Source: Ruditapes philippinarum
Lineage: Eukaryota
Direction of reading: 5' to 3'
Length of the DNA stretch: 64,000 nt
NCBI RefSeq assembly: GCF_026571515.1
Contig: NW_026860662.1
Span: 1 to 64,000 of the forward strand
Shown here: one piece after another, positions 1-12,190 of the stretch
Numbering within the stretch: the stretch's first letter is position 1
How the letters are laid out: each line of letters starts with the position of its first letter
Notes under the pieces: generated by a model
What the model was told of the DNA's origin: nothing
Seen by the model: the letters and a program-made list of their open reading frames with translations, nothing else
The model's database searches: none
Made by a program: the position numbers and the translations under genes

Positions 1-120
1 AACGAAAGACATAGTTTTTCATTAGTTGAGTAGAAATGAAAACAAATATTACATCTGATTTGAATAACTGAATTGCAAAATATTTTTTATTTATAAATGA
101 GGAAACAAATAAAACCGTAC

Positions 121-3100
121 CGATGCAATAGTTCTTCTTTTTCCTTTCCTGCTGTGCGTAACTCATTCGTTAGCTGTTTTATTTTGCCGTTAGCTTTAGC
201 TAACGTTGTCCCGTAGTTGTCCAATTTCTTTTGTAATTCATCACGTTTAGCTTGGAGAGCTGGATGAATTTCCTCATATTTTTGTAAACGTTTTATTTCA
301 CTTGCTTGCTCTCCTTGTACTTTTTTGTTTTGCATGATTTCAAAATTATACTGATTTGTATTTTCATGACCTCTTGCTTATTTCTGAAAGTAAAAAAAAC
401 GTCTACAGTCGCTGATCTAACCACATTGAAACTAATTATTGAACGATTAATTAAAGCAATGAATGTTTAAAACTAAAGCATTTGGAACCCTGTTACTTTT
501 ACCTTTGTTACACTGATCACTGACGTTAATTTAAAGAAGATGCATATCTATAATTTGATATTAACATGTCATAGTTTACTTTTCACCAGCCTCCCTGCTT
601 TATTTGAAATGTTTATGCTTTCGGCAGCTATGTTTAGAAAACTAAAATATTTGAGTGCGCTGACCTAGTGTTTCCAGATATTTAAAAAAAGTATTATATA
701 CAAAAGCAATAAAACTCACATTACATTCACCCTTTTGTGCTTGGGAACTTTACATTTTAATGGTTTTCAAAAGTGCTACTCGCTTTATTCTTATCCGTTA
801 TTTCTCTACATTTTCCTACTCAAAATCTATACTTTAAAACCATTTATAAGTGGCATAATTTTGAAATATAAGGATTAGATTCTGCTCAAGCCGCTGAAAA
901 CAACAGAATCAATGCAGCTGGGCAACATCAAAATCTTACTCCCCAACCCGTCATCTGTGAATGGTATTAATACTAAATAACGATTTTTTGAACGGATGTC
1001 GTATATTCATCATCATCCCGGAGTTAATACGGATTGAAAGCAGTTTTACCGCGTGACTTCAGAATCTTTGTATAATGAGAAGCGAAGGCATTTGATAAAT
1101 GTACTTAATTGACATCAAATGGAAAAATATAATCAACTTCAGTAAATTATGATTGGCAATATGTTTGACAATCAGAATTGATTTAAGAATGTCAGTTGTC
1201 AACCAGTTATAAGCAACTCGACCTAAAACCTTCAATAGGTTTAAAGTTCGTACTTTTGGTTTCTAAGACAGTGTAAATAAGAATTCCTAAAGAAAGCCCA
1301 ATAAGGAAAAGATTGAAAAAAATGTTACAGGCTCAGTTTCATTGAGCCTGTCCATGGACGGTTCTTCAAGTGCAAACCACCGTCCACGCCCCCAGCACAA
1401 GCCCAAGCAGAATTCAACATTAAAATATGATAAACAAGATCAACAAGGAAAGGTGGCGTTCAAACCCAACCCAGTACCCGACCCAGTAACAAGAGCCATT
1501 AAAGAGCCAAGAGCCATTTAAAACATTAAAAGGTAAAAACTTAATATAAGTATATAAATAATGCAGTGCAAATGAATTTACATTTTCGTGGTTCTTACCC
1601 GAAGTTTGACAAAGGTTTGCCATTTACCAGATAATACTATATTTAATACAATACAATTCAATATACATGTTATCTGAGACAAATTATACTAATGTTTTTC
1701 GCTGCTGAAACTTACATTTCGCATTGACTTTCCAAAGTTGCAACCGCCTGATTCTTCGCCGTTATTTCTCGTTCTTTCTTACATAGTTTCTCTTCAAGTT
1801 TGTGTATCCTAAAATAGAATATTATTTCCAGATAGCATCATTTTACCATCAAAGAGTAACTCTTATATATGTTGCTTTGCAAACTTCGAGGGATCCTCTC
1901 CCGTGCTTTTAATATATGTAACAAAATGTTTAGTTTTCCCATAATAATGAATAAGCTTTCAAGTGTTAATCACGAAATACCCATTTAAATTTAGTAAAAT
2001 AGGAAATGTTATTCTTGCTGGATGTATTAGTTAATATTTGTCATTAAAAGAATAAGGAAGCCTATCCATTTTTAAATGTTGTATCATATTTAATTGTACT
2101 ATTACAACATCGTACCTTTCATTATTTGTTTTATATATTTCTTCAAGTTTCTCATTCTCCCTGAAACATGTAGAGTTGTTGAGTACATTAATGCAATAAA
2201 AACATTACGAAAAACATATATTTGGAAATCAAAGCTAGACAAGGGCTTATAGAATTATGCATTATACTATTTTTATATTTAAATCTGCTTAAGCATGCCA
2301 ATTTTTATCAATAGGTACGTTTATGAGCTTTATATTTAAATAAATTTGATGATCGGATAATGTGTCACCTACCAAACACATTACAACTCATGAGAGAAAA
2401 TGAGAATAGTGTACCATTTAACTGTGTGTGCTACTTAAACTTACATTTTGCATTGCTTTTCCAAAGCGGCAATCACATTGCTTTTCTCCTCTACATCTTT
2501 ATCTTTCTCATTCAGTGTTTTTTCAAGTTTTTGTATCCTAAAATGAGAATAATTATTTCCGAATAACATCATTTTCTAAATCAAAGAGTAAAACATATAT
2601 CTGTTTCTTGACAAACTTCAAGATGTCCCCTCCTAAGCATGTATTATATGTCAATATTGGATTGGTAATCTCATCGTATTGAACATGGTTTCAAACATAA
2701 GTCAATTTAACCCGTCGCTCTCAATAAAGTAACACTTTCACTGTTTTTTGTTTGTTTTTTATTGTTTTTTTTTTAGTTATAAGTTCATGTTTTCCTTACA
2801 ATTTTTTAAATAAATTTGATAGCCTTTTATTGTTTTAAAGTTTTATCATTTCTAATACTTTGTACTATGCCAAGATCGTACCTTTCATTACTTGTTTTAC
2901 ATATTTGCTCAAGTTTGTCACTCTCCCTGAAACATGTAGAATTGTTGAGTACATTAATGCAATAACAATATTATTACATACTTATGTTGAGAAATCGAAG
3001 CTAAACATGAGCTTTCTGAATTTTATATTACACTATTTGAATATCTGAATCTGCTTAGGCCGATGCTTTGCGACACAGATTATAGCACGTTATTACCACT

Positions 3101-6100
3101 GTTCTATTGAACAAACCAAATATTATATTATAATTTTTAATTACCAACATTTATTTAGAAAAGATACACGTGAGTTCAGTTATTGAAAGGTTTAATACAG
3201 TATGCCATGTCTTATTTAGTCACATGTAAAATGTCATCCTCTCTTACAATACTTGTTTTTTTGCTATTTATATCACTGGAAAATCAAACATTCACTATGA
3301 AATCACTAGAAGCGAACAGATACATTATATGTTCAAAGTACGTTATGATATAAAGATTCTTCCGACGTTGTCAAAAAAAATGATGTTAATCACTTTTTTG
3401 CTTTATTCAAGTTAAATCAAGTTATCAATCGCGTATCTTTGTGAGATTGATTATGGCTATTCATGTTTATAACATGATGTCTGTAACCTTAGGTACAATC
3501 TGTATTCCATCTTTTTTTCCCCAAATTTCACTAGCAAGGCTAAAGAAGTTTTATATCTATAACGCGATATGAGTATACCAATTTTCATTTGCATCAATAT
3601 GTCAATATAGCATGTTTATAAATAAATAAATTTGAAGAACCAGATTATTACTATAATACTAAACACATTACGATTCACTGTTAGTGCTGCTTAAACTTAC
3701 ATTTTGCATTGCTTTTCCAAAGCGGCAATCACATTGCTTTTCTCCTCTACATCTTTATCTTTCTCATTAAGTGATTCTTTAAGTTCTTGTATCCTAAAAT
3801 AAATAGAGGATATTGAATGAGTGTAAGTTAAATACTAAATTTATTGAACGAGTTGAATAAAATTATATTATGCGAGCCTCTGGCGAGCATCATATTATTT
3901 TATTCAACGAGTTCAAAAATTCAGTAATGAACTTACACGAATTTAATATTCTATTTATCATATACCCAACATAAAGACCGTTTAAAGTGAAATAAGAGTC
4001 ATCTTCCATTGATGTGCCTATAGTATAACACTAGCATTTAGCGCGTCTTTACACTATGTTTGTATAACGCTAATGACGTCACGTCAAAATATACGCACGG
4101 CCGTGCAATACCATTTTTACGGAGTCGCAAAATCGGCACGGGTGTGTGATAAAAATAGATATATTCCAGACAGCATCATTTGTAATATAAAAGAATAAAA
4201 CACAAAAATATGTTGCTTAACAAACTTCAAGATGCCCCCTCCTATGCAAGCATTATATATGTCAATATCAGATTGTTTATCTCATTATAATGAGCATGCT
4301 TTCAAACAGAAGACAGTTTTACTTCCAGTTGAGTAACACTTAAATATTTGTGTTGGGTTCATTTACTTATACTATCCTCAGAGTTCTTAATATTAATTAG
4401 GAAGACCATTAATGTTAAAATATTGTATCATAATTTATTGTACCATGCCAACATCGTACTTTTCGTTATTTGTTTTACATTTTTCCTCAAGTTTCGCACA
4501 CTCCCGGAAACATGTAGAATTGTTGAATACATAAATGCAATAACAACATTACTACATATATATATTGGGAAATCATAGCTAACCATGAGCTTTCTGGATT
4601 ATCTATTACGTTATTTTTTTTATATTTAAGTCCGCTTATGACGCAAACAATTACCGCTGTCCTAATTAAACCGAGCATGGAAATGTTATCATTTCGGCCA
4701 TTCTTGAATGCACTATTATTGTAAACCAGTATAAAAGATCATCCTTTTCATCCAATATTCCAATATAATGCGATATGAACTGGCCATTTTTATTTCATCA
4801 ATAAGTTTGTGTTGATGATTTAATACATTTTAAACATGCAGCATCTTTATAAAGAGTGCTTAAAATGTTTAAAAGACTGGATGTCGTGAGACTAGATACT
4901 TATATAAGTTTAATATACAATAATCAGTGCATTTCATTTTTCATTGTATGTTGTGTAAATAATATTATTCGACTTTGTTATTTTTTGCTGGTTAAACTTA
5001 CAATTTGCATTGGTTTTCCAAAGCGACAATCACTTCATTCTTCTCTATTATATCTCTATCTTTCTCATTCAGTTTTTCTTCAAGTTCTTGTGTACTAAAA
5101 TTAGAAAATAATTTGACATTAAAAATATCGTGAATTACAGTCAACTTATTTTTGAAAAACATGTATGACAATGGGCCAGGAATCAATTATAGAATATCGA
5201 TTGCAAATCAATGTCAACATAATCTGAAAAATAAGTGATACGGTCCGTACTTTCTTTTTCGAAAAACGCAAAACTTATTATATAAATAACGTATTTTACT
5301 TGTATAGCTAAGAGTGTATGTAAATGGACTTGTTGCATTTGTTATAAACGCAAACTAACTCAAAAACACCGATATCATGATAATGATTGTTTACATGTCT
5401 AGTTTTCATACTATCATGTTCGATGTCCTTACCAAAAGAGTGCCTGAAAAGGGCCGACGGTCAGATACTTACTGCTATATTTTGAAGCTCATTATAAACG
5501 TAAAATGAGAACAGTATAGCAATCATCTGTTTTCTGTACTGAAACTTACATTTTGCATTGATTTTCCAAAGAATGAATCGCCTTAGTCTTCTCCGTTGTA
5601 TTTTGATCTTTTTCATTCAGTTGCTCTTCAAGTTCTTGTATACTAAAATGAAAGAATTATTTCTATTTAACATCATGTTAAACAATAAAGGGTAAAATTC
5701 TGTTGAAACCAATAAAAACAGCATTTATTTATTTATTTCTGGTGTTGTAAAACCTTCAAAATTTCCTCTTATGTGCTTTTAATATGTGTGTGTTTAATAC
5801 TCTTAATAAGTCTCTTTCAATTTAGTAACACTAGAACCTGTTAGTCCTGATATTGCTGTTATTAATTTCTTTCAAAGTGTTAAAGATAACTTTTGTGTTT
5901 GAGGCCGATTTATATTGAATTGTTTCTTCTTCTTTTTTTCTACAGATCTAATTGTAGTATGATAACGCCTTACCGTTTATCAGTTGTGTTACGTATTTGC
6001 TCAAGTTTCTCACTCACCCTGAAACATGTACAATGGTGGAGTAAATCGTTGCAATAACAATATTACTGCATTATAACCGGGTAAAGGCTAAGTTAAATCT

Positions 6101-9100
6101 AAGTTTAATGAATTAAAAATTCCACTATTCTAATATTCAAATCTGCTTGAACAGTGTTATGCACGCGGACTGTAGCATGAAATTACCGCTGCCTTTATTG
6201 AAGAAGATTAAACATCCCGAGGTTATAATGTCATAATAAAATGTTATAATATTTTGGAGAAAATAGGTTTACGTGACTTCAAATATTTAAATGTTTTACA
6301 CAATATACCATCTATAATTTAGTAACATGTAATAAATGTCATTTACATTACAGCACATGTTTACAGTGGCACAAAGGTGACATGTGTGTGTGTTTTTATT
6401 TATCTCGTGCGCACGATATACTATGTCGTGACCACGAGTTACTAAGTCGTGGCCACGAGATAGCTAAGTCGTGGCCACGAGATACTTTGTTGTGACCACG
6501 AGTTACTTATTCGTGGCCACGAGATGGCTAAGTCGTGGCCACGAGATACTATGTCGTGGCCAAGAGTCACTTATTCGTGGCCACGAGATACTATGTCGTG
6601 GCCAGGAGTTACTAAGTCGTGGCCACGATATAAATAACCAATCAGATTACACCATTTCTATGATTTTTTTTAATTAACTAGACATGTGCTATAGTACAAG
6701 GATGCCCCTATTTCACCAGCCTGTAAAAGTGCCATTTATACAACTTATTGACTGGTCAATAATTGTACATTTAGCGTCATTGTGACCCTGATTTTTCCCC
6801 AATGACCTCGAAATCATAAGATGTCATCTACTGATCAGGTGCAATGATTTTTCTGGATTTTATAAACTATGGCTTATCCCTTCTAAATTATTCATTAGTC
6901 TAGGATTTTACATGAAGTGTCATGGTTACCTTGACACTTGACGTCAAACATCCTTATAGGCTATCTACAGTCCCTTCCTAACAAAATAAACCAGGACTTA
7001 TTCCGTCTCATGTTATCGTATTAACAAGGTTAACAGGTCATAGTATGTACAAAGTGACCAATTCGATCACAAAATTGTCTCAACAAAGGGCTTTAGTCAA
7101 AATTATTGTCTGATGGGCTTTGGAAGGTGACTTTCTAATATGGTCCTAAAGAAAAAGGCAAAATGAATATCTTCAGTATTTTCAAAGATTATTGTTGCAT
7201 GTAAAAGTAAGTTGTTCAGTTAAAAGAAATCATAATATATTTAGTGTATTCTGATTGGTTAATTATCTCGTGCGCACGACTTAGTTATCTCGTTTCCACG
7301 ACTTAGTAACTCGTGGCCACGACTTAATTATCTCGTGCGCATGACTTAGTAACTCTGGGCCACGACATAGTATCTCGTGGCCACGACTTAGCTATTTCGT
7401 GTCCACGACTTAGTAACTCCTGGCCACGACTTAGTATCTCGTGGCCACGATTAAGCTTTGTCATGGCCACGACTTAGTAACTCGTTGCCACGACATAGTA
7501 TCTCGTGGTCACGACTTAGCTATCTCGTGGCCACGACTTAGTAACTCGTGGCCACGACATAGTATCTCGTGCGCACGAGATAAATTAAAACACACACACA
7601 TATCACCTGTGTGCCACCGTACTTGTTCGTTGCAATTTCTATCACTAAAATAGTGTTACAAATTTATCATTCACTTGTGGTGCTAGGCTGTTGTAAGCTC
7701 GGTTTGATTTTGCCTGTTCAAAACTTACATTTTGAATTGCTCTTCTAATTTCTCAATTACCGAATTGTTATCCTTTATTTCCCTATCTTTCTTAATCAAA
7801 TTTTCCTGGAGATGTTGTTTGCTAAAATAAAAAAAACAAACCAGTGCATACAAACATGTAGAGAACGACCAATGGTATATGACACTATGTTATATCCTAA
7901 GCTATAAATGAGTCTTTTTTAAAGATAAAGCGATTAAAATTTAGAGGAAAATTTATTTCTACAATATACCTATATAATTTAACTATACTCTAGCATTATC
8001 ATATAATTGATTTTCTCCAGAAAAAAATATATAATTTTATGTTAATTTAACATTGACTAGTTTATGCCTACCAATACCAACGTTCGAAAACATCACATAA
8101 AGAAAGGATAAGTTGATATATTATAAAAGCAGATTACTTAAAAAAATAAAGTTAATGTTTATGGTGATATAATTGAAAATACAACGGCGATTATACTTAT
8201 ACTTACCTATTTCGCAGGTCTGTAATCTCATTATTTAATGATGAAATAAACCAACACACTGTCCTTGGGCCACACGCTGATTTTCTATAAGCCCTGTGAC
8301 AGAAAGTATTCGAGTATTAGTCTAAGAGCTTTCATTTAACCGTTGTTTAAATTCTCCGAAGGCTATGATAATTATGTATATAAGTTCGTTAAAAATCTAA
8401 TGTAAAAGGGAGATATGAGTGTTTTGTTACAATGATTTAAATTTTGTTGTTATCTGAATGACTTATTTCTTAAAAAAATAAATAAAAAATAAAATGATTA
8501 CCCCGAGTAACATTGATCACATTCACATTCGTCAGAGACGCTGTCGACATGAAAATAAAATATTAAATTATAAATAGGAGTCGTTTGAATATAGAAACTG
8601 ACATGTAACATAACATAAATGGCCGTGGGTATCCGATTATGACATTGGACGTGGTTTAAAAAAACTTTTAATCAACAAGATTGTTTTTAGGAACGTAAAT
8701 GTATACACAGGCAAATGAATGGCCAAAATATTATATTGTTTTAATTTACTCAAATCGCACTAACAACGGGGGTATTATAATGTCCAGGATATTTGTATGT
8801 ATATAAATGATATATGATTTTGTTTTAGATGTGATGTAAAGTCCGTTTGTTAAATTCAAATAAAATCATACAGAAGCGCCAAATTATGATAAAGCAAATT
8901 GTACCACAAGAACAAACCTCTGAAGTTTCAAGAACAAACATGGCAGATTAAGTTTGAATTAAATGTAGGTATTTTTTCTTAATGGGTAATATTTCGCTCC
9001 CATAAGCCACTGCAATATTTAGAGTTAAATCTAACTGTTCTTACCTGACCAACGTGGGTGAGAAATCTTTGCACCTACAACTGTAATCATTTAGAGGACA

Positions 9101-9387
9101 TTAACAAAATATTAGATTACAAATTCAGAAAGAAGAAATAAAAGTTTGCCTGTGCCTTCCTTTAAACTCAAATTATTAACATATTTAACGGAAACAGACA
9201 CATACATGGTCACTTGATCTTTTTATGAAACATACTCTAAATTGTTCTGGAAATAAACTTCATCTTCTTCTTTTTCTTCGCTCGACCATGTAAATGAGTT
9301 GTCTGATGTCGATAGATTTGAAGATAATGACTCTGATGATGTATTTAGCTCTTTGGAAGTTGATAATTTCAAGTACAAATATGCCAT
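121..9387 (-). CDS. Multi-exon coiled-coil protein gene (3' end beyond window); possibly MIEAP/SPATA18 C-terminal-domain family
   Basis: All exons are AG/GT-bounded with phase-2 junctions. Exons: 9394-9236 (ATG 9387; MAYLYLKLSTSKELNTSSES...EDEVYFQNNLE), 9074-9045 (CKDFSPTLV), 8293-8207 (AYRKSACGPRTVCWFISSLNNEITDLRN), six 93-nt exons 7821-7729, 5642-5550, 5094-5002, 3793-3701, 2537-2445, 1808-1716, then 383-121 (NKQEVMK..MQNKKVQ..KEKEELLHR). The last exon is 263 nt, 1 nt short of symmetric. The spliced frame is open except at that A-run. The family assignment is inference only. Confidence 0.8.
754..831 (-). pseudogene. Degenerate seventh copy of the 93-nt exon (pseudoexon)
   Basis: Remnant KCREITDKNKASSTFENH* aligns with EREITAKNQAVATLESQC. 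It is shortened to ~78 nt, has stops, and its donor is weakened to gtaaag. Confidence 0.6.
1277..1420. repeat. Dispersed repeat with short hairpins (copy at 59406-59550; partial copies at 44080-44120 and 58986-59010)
   Basis: Direct sequence similarity agaat(t/c)c(c/t)aaagaaagcccaa...gcagaattcaacatt; internal stem acaggctca...tgagcctgt. Confidence 0.7.
1716..1808 (-). CDS. 93-nt repeat exon 6 (IHKLEEKLCKKEREITAKNQAVATLESQCE)
   Basis: ttttag|...|gtaagt, 93 nt, phase 2-2. Confidence 0.85.
2445..2537 (-). CDS. 93-nt repeat exon 5 (IQKLEKTLNEKDKDVEEKSNVIAALEKQCK)
   Basis: ttttag|...|gtaagt, 93 nt, phase 2-2. Confidence 0.85.
3701..3793 (-). CDS. 93-nt repeat exon 4 (IQELKESLNEKDKDVEEKSNVIAALEKQCK)
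   Basis: ttttag|...|gtaagt, 93 nt, phase 2-2. Confidence 0.85.
3801..4153. mobile_element. Non-autonomous hairpin element (Helentron/HINE-like) inserted at the acceptor tract of repeat exon 4
   Basis: ~150-nt imperfect palindrome at 3803-3955 and an inverted pair tttatcatataccc / gggtgtgtgataaa. It interrupts the aaaatagaatatt..ccaga intron motif that is contiguous in sister units. Confidence 0.65.
5002..5094 (-). CDS. 93-nt repeat exon 3 (TQELEEKLNEKDRDIIEKNEVIVALENQCK)
   Basis: ttttag|...|gtaagt, 93 nt; overlaps ORF 4998..5186. Confidence 0.85.
5550..5642 (-). CDS. 93-nt repeat exon 2 (IQELEEQLNEKDQNTTEKTKAIHSLENQCK)
   Basis: ttttag|...|gtaagt, 93 nt, phase 2-2. Confidence 0.85.
6362..7621. 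mobile_element. Foldback-type non-autonomous DNA transposon, IS3EU-like termini
   Basis: Termini TACAGTGGCACA...TGTGCCACCGTA. Long TIR arms are built of ~21-bp units around the palindrome TCGTGGCCACGA. 6-bp flanks catgtt / cttgtt match 5/6. Confidence 0.75.
7729..7821 (-). CDS. 93-nt repeat exon 1 (KQHLQENLIKKDREIKDNNSVIEKLEEQFK)
   Basis: ttttag|...|gtaagt boundaries, 93 nt, phase 2-2. Confidence 0.85.
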
Positions 9388-10529
9388 TGTTCTACTGTAC
9401 AAAAGAAAGGAAAATTTGAGATAGCTTTGCATACATTTTATCTGTTCTTATCATGTATATCATTTTAAAACTATCTCTGTATTTATTATATATATCAATA
9501 TTTGTTATTAAATACAAAAATATGATACAATAAACTTTTAAATAGATCACATGAAATTTGTTAACGGTAGCAATGGGTCACCGCTAATGGTTTTCGCTAT
9601 TTTATTTTCCATTACATCTTTCAGTACTTGAATAATAAGCATTAACCATGTTCCATGTAATTATTAGCCGGTACGAATGGTATTATACTTGACATTGCAG
9701 ATCTTTGTTAATTCTACCGATATACTTGCAGACATTGTCTTTGTATTTTGATAAAGATATGTGCCACAATTTCTGCAAGCTTAAAAGAAAACAGTGCGAG
9801 AGCTACAATATGATCGGAATCGAAAAATATTTGCCTGGAACATGGTGTATGTTCAAATATTGAGGGATACAACAACACATTAGCAAAAAATTCTGTTTTT
9901 ATAGCGGTGTAACAAGTATCAGGTGATCACACACCCTGCTATTTCAGGACATACAGAAAATATCAAAATATATCCATCTTGTTTCTGAAGGTTTGACGAT
10001 TTCAGTTAACTTTTGTACAAGCCATATTGAACAACAACAACAACAAATACGATTCTTATCAGTAAAAGAAATATGTATACTCATTTTATCTTTATCTAAG
10101 TTTAGAAGAGGTAAGACAGAACTATAGTTATAAAATGAAAACAAACACAACGAAAGAAAAGCTAATGTGAAAAAAAAATGGTGAATTGAACAAGGTATAT
10201 GTAAGTTTTGATGAGACAAAAACGAAAATTATTATCTGACCAGAAAAAAGGTAACCAAAAAAGTAGAACAATGAAAAATGTGTCATCCCCTCCCTTGGGA
10301 TTTGAACCCATGCCCATTGTAAACTCAGTCTCCTAATTGATTATGAATACTCTTCAGAAGGAGGGTTTACTTTAAGCATCTCAAACAGTGGTTCTATTAA
10401 ATTATTATTATTACATTTTATAATCCACTCAATTTAAACACCATATGAAACTTAATACTGTGATTTTTGGCAGGTTTTGTTATACATGTTACTTCTCCCT
10501 GCTCGTAAGAATCTGGTTGACATGTTTGT

Positions 10530-10895
10530 TTATTACCCCTCACTTTTTTCGTAATGCTAATTTCCCATAGGCCTCTGGGAGTTATTTTTACTGTTAATGC
10601 AAGTGTACCACGTGACTAAGAATTTTGTACTGTTACATAGGTAACAGTATTTTTTAAGAGGTCACATGGTCTATTTCCTAAATAAAATGAAATAAAATGG
10701 CCGCCATTTTTTTCTCGACTCATTCTTATTTTCAACGTTAAACCCCGAAAGGACATCAATTTCTCCTCTGGAGTCCCTATGACACTCATAAAATTTAGTT
10801 GTTTGCACCCTGGAGTAAATATCATCCCTCGTAAAAAAACAGTATTTTCCTCGGGATGATATTTTTACTGTTACCCACAAACCCATGTGTTATTT
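10530..10895. mobile_element. Non-autonomous hairpin/HINE-like element, same family as 38060-38940
   Basis: 10530-10790 is the reverse complement of ~38690-38940. The motif actgttacccacaaacccatgtgttattt is shared with ~38103-38131. Confidence 0.65.
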
Positions 10896-11507
10896 ATATA
10901 CTATCAATTCTATTAATGCATTAAATAACATAATAAGAAGAAATAACTTTGTTCATTGCTAGAACTGAAGTTTAATATATAAACAATGAATGATGATGAC
11001 CACAGTGTAGATGAAACTGGTGTTTAGATAATAATTATGATGATAATACTTCTGACAAGTGTAAGATATTAAAAGAACTTTTAATATCGTAGGTTTCTAT
11101 GATTTCCTGTTTGGAATAATTCATATAATCACTTCCCGTCTTGCCCTGTCCTGTTTTGTGCCCTGCTGGACTCCTTTCAGGTGGTCCTGTGTGAGGGTTG
11201 CGTTCATTGAATTCCAACCTTTCTTATTGATCTAATTTCATTTTCTTTTATATTTTAAAGTTCTAATTTACTTCCTTTAAAAAAACACTATTTAAAAGAG
11301 ACACAATATGAATATATAACCGGTGACTTATTAGACTATTAGAAACGAAAGTGAAGTGGATATCAACAAACAGATTGGAAACTACAATTCTACAATGATT
11401 TATAAAGATAATGATATACATGTATTAAAGTTAATTCAAGATAAACAAGATATTAATGATTTAATGATAAAATGATGGTGGTGGTTATGGTGATAACAAA
11501 TATAATA

Positions 11508-12190
11508 CAGTAGAACTTCGGTAAGTCGAAGTTGAAGGGACTTGAGTAAAAAATTCGACACATCGGGACTTCGGCTCATGAATTGCTCTCAATTACATGA
11601 CAAAATTTCGACCCGTGACTAGTCCTAATTATAAGATCTATAACAAACCCCATTTTATATTTTTCCATCATTATTCTGATATTTTACATTTTACAATGAT
11701 AAATATAGAATGTTAAATAACTTTTTTCACGGCTAATTATTTGGACTACCCGTTTACGTATACAATAGAGTTACAAAAGGCGTAACAATACGAAAGGGCG
11801 ATAACTAAACCAGCTTATAGTAAAGATTACGCGTGTTATTCTCACGCGACACCGGGTCACGGATGTTTTCAAATGAAAGTAGTTCTTACCGTTTACTTTC
11901 AAATACCACTATGGCAATTAAAATAGTAACGATTAAAGCATTTTATCACACATTTTATCGCAAACAAAGGCTGTTTGAACACACGGCTGTGTAATTAACA
12001 CCTGTCACACAAGTTGATTGGAAATCGTCTTCGCAGCCAGATAAGGTGTGAAAAATGTCTCGAGATCGAAGGTGTCAAAATAATCGAACAACTTCGACTT
12101 ATTTGTGGTAAATTACACTAGATTTACTTTATATGGACCACGAAAAAACTTCGACACATCGAAAAATTCGACACATAAAATCTCGACTCA
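11508..12190. mobile_element. pogo/Tc1-type MITE, right end degenerate
   Basis: TA|CAGTAGAACTTCGGTAAGTCGAA left end; repeated ttcgac subterminal motifs at both ends. Confidence 0.55.

Noticed and set aside
6410-7580. CRISPR-like array of palindromic repeats
   Set aside because: Units are contiguous ~21-mers without unique spacers, arranged as inverted arms in eukaryotic DNA with no cas genes
11035-11217. 60-aa minus-strand ORF as an upstream exon of the cassette gene
   Set aside because: It has a TTG start, an upstream in-frame stop and no convincing splice pair
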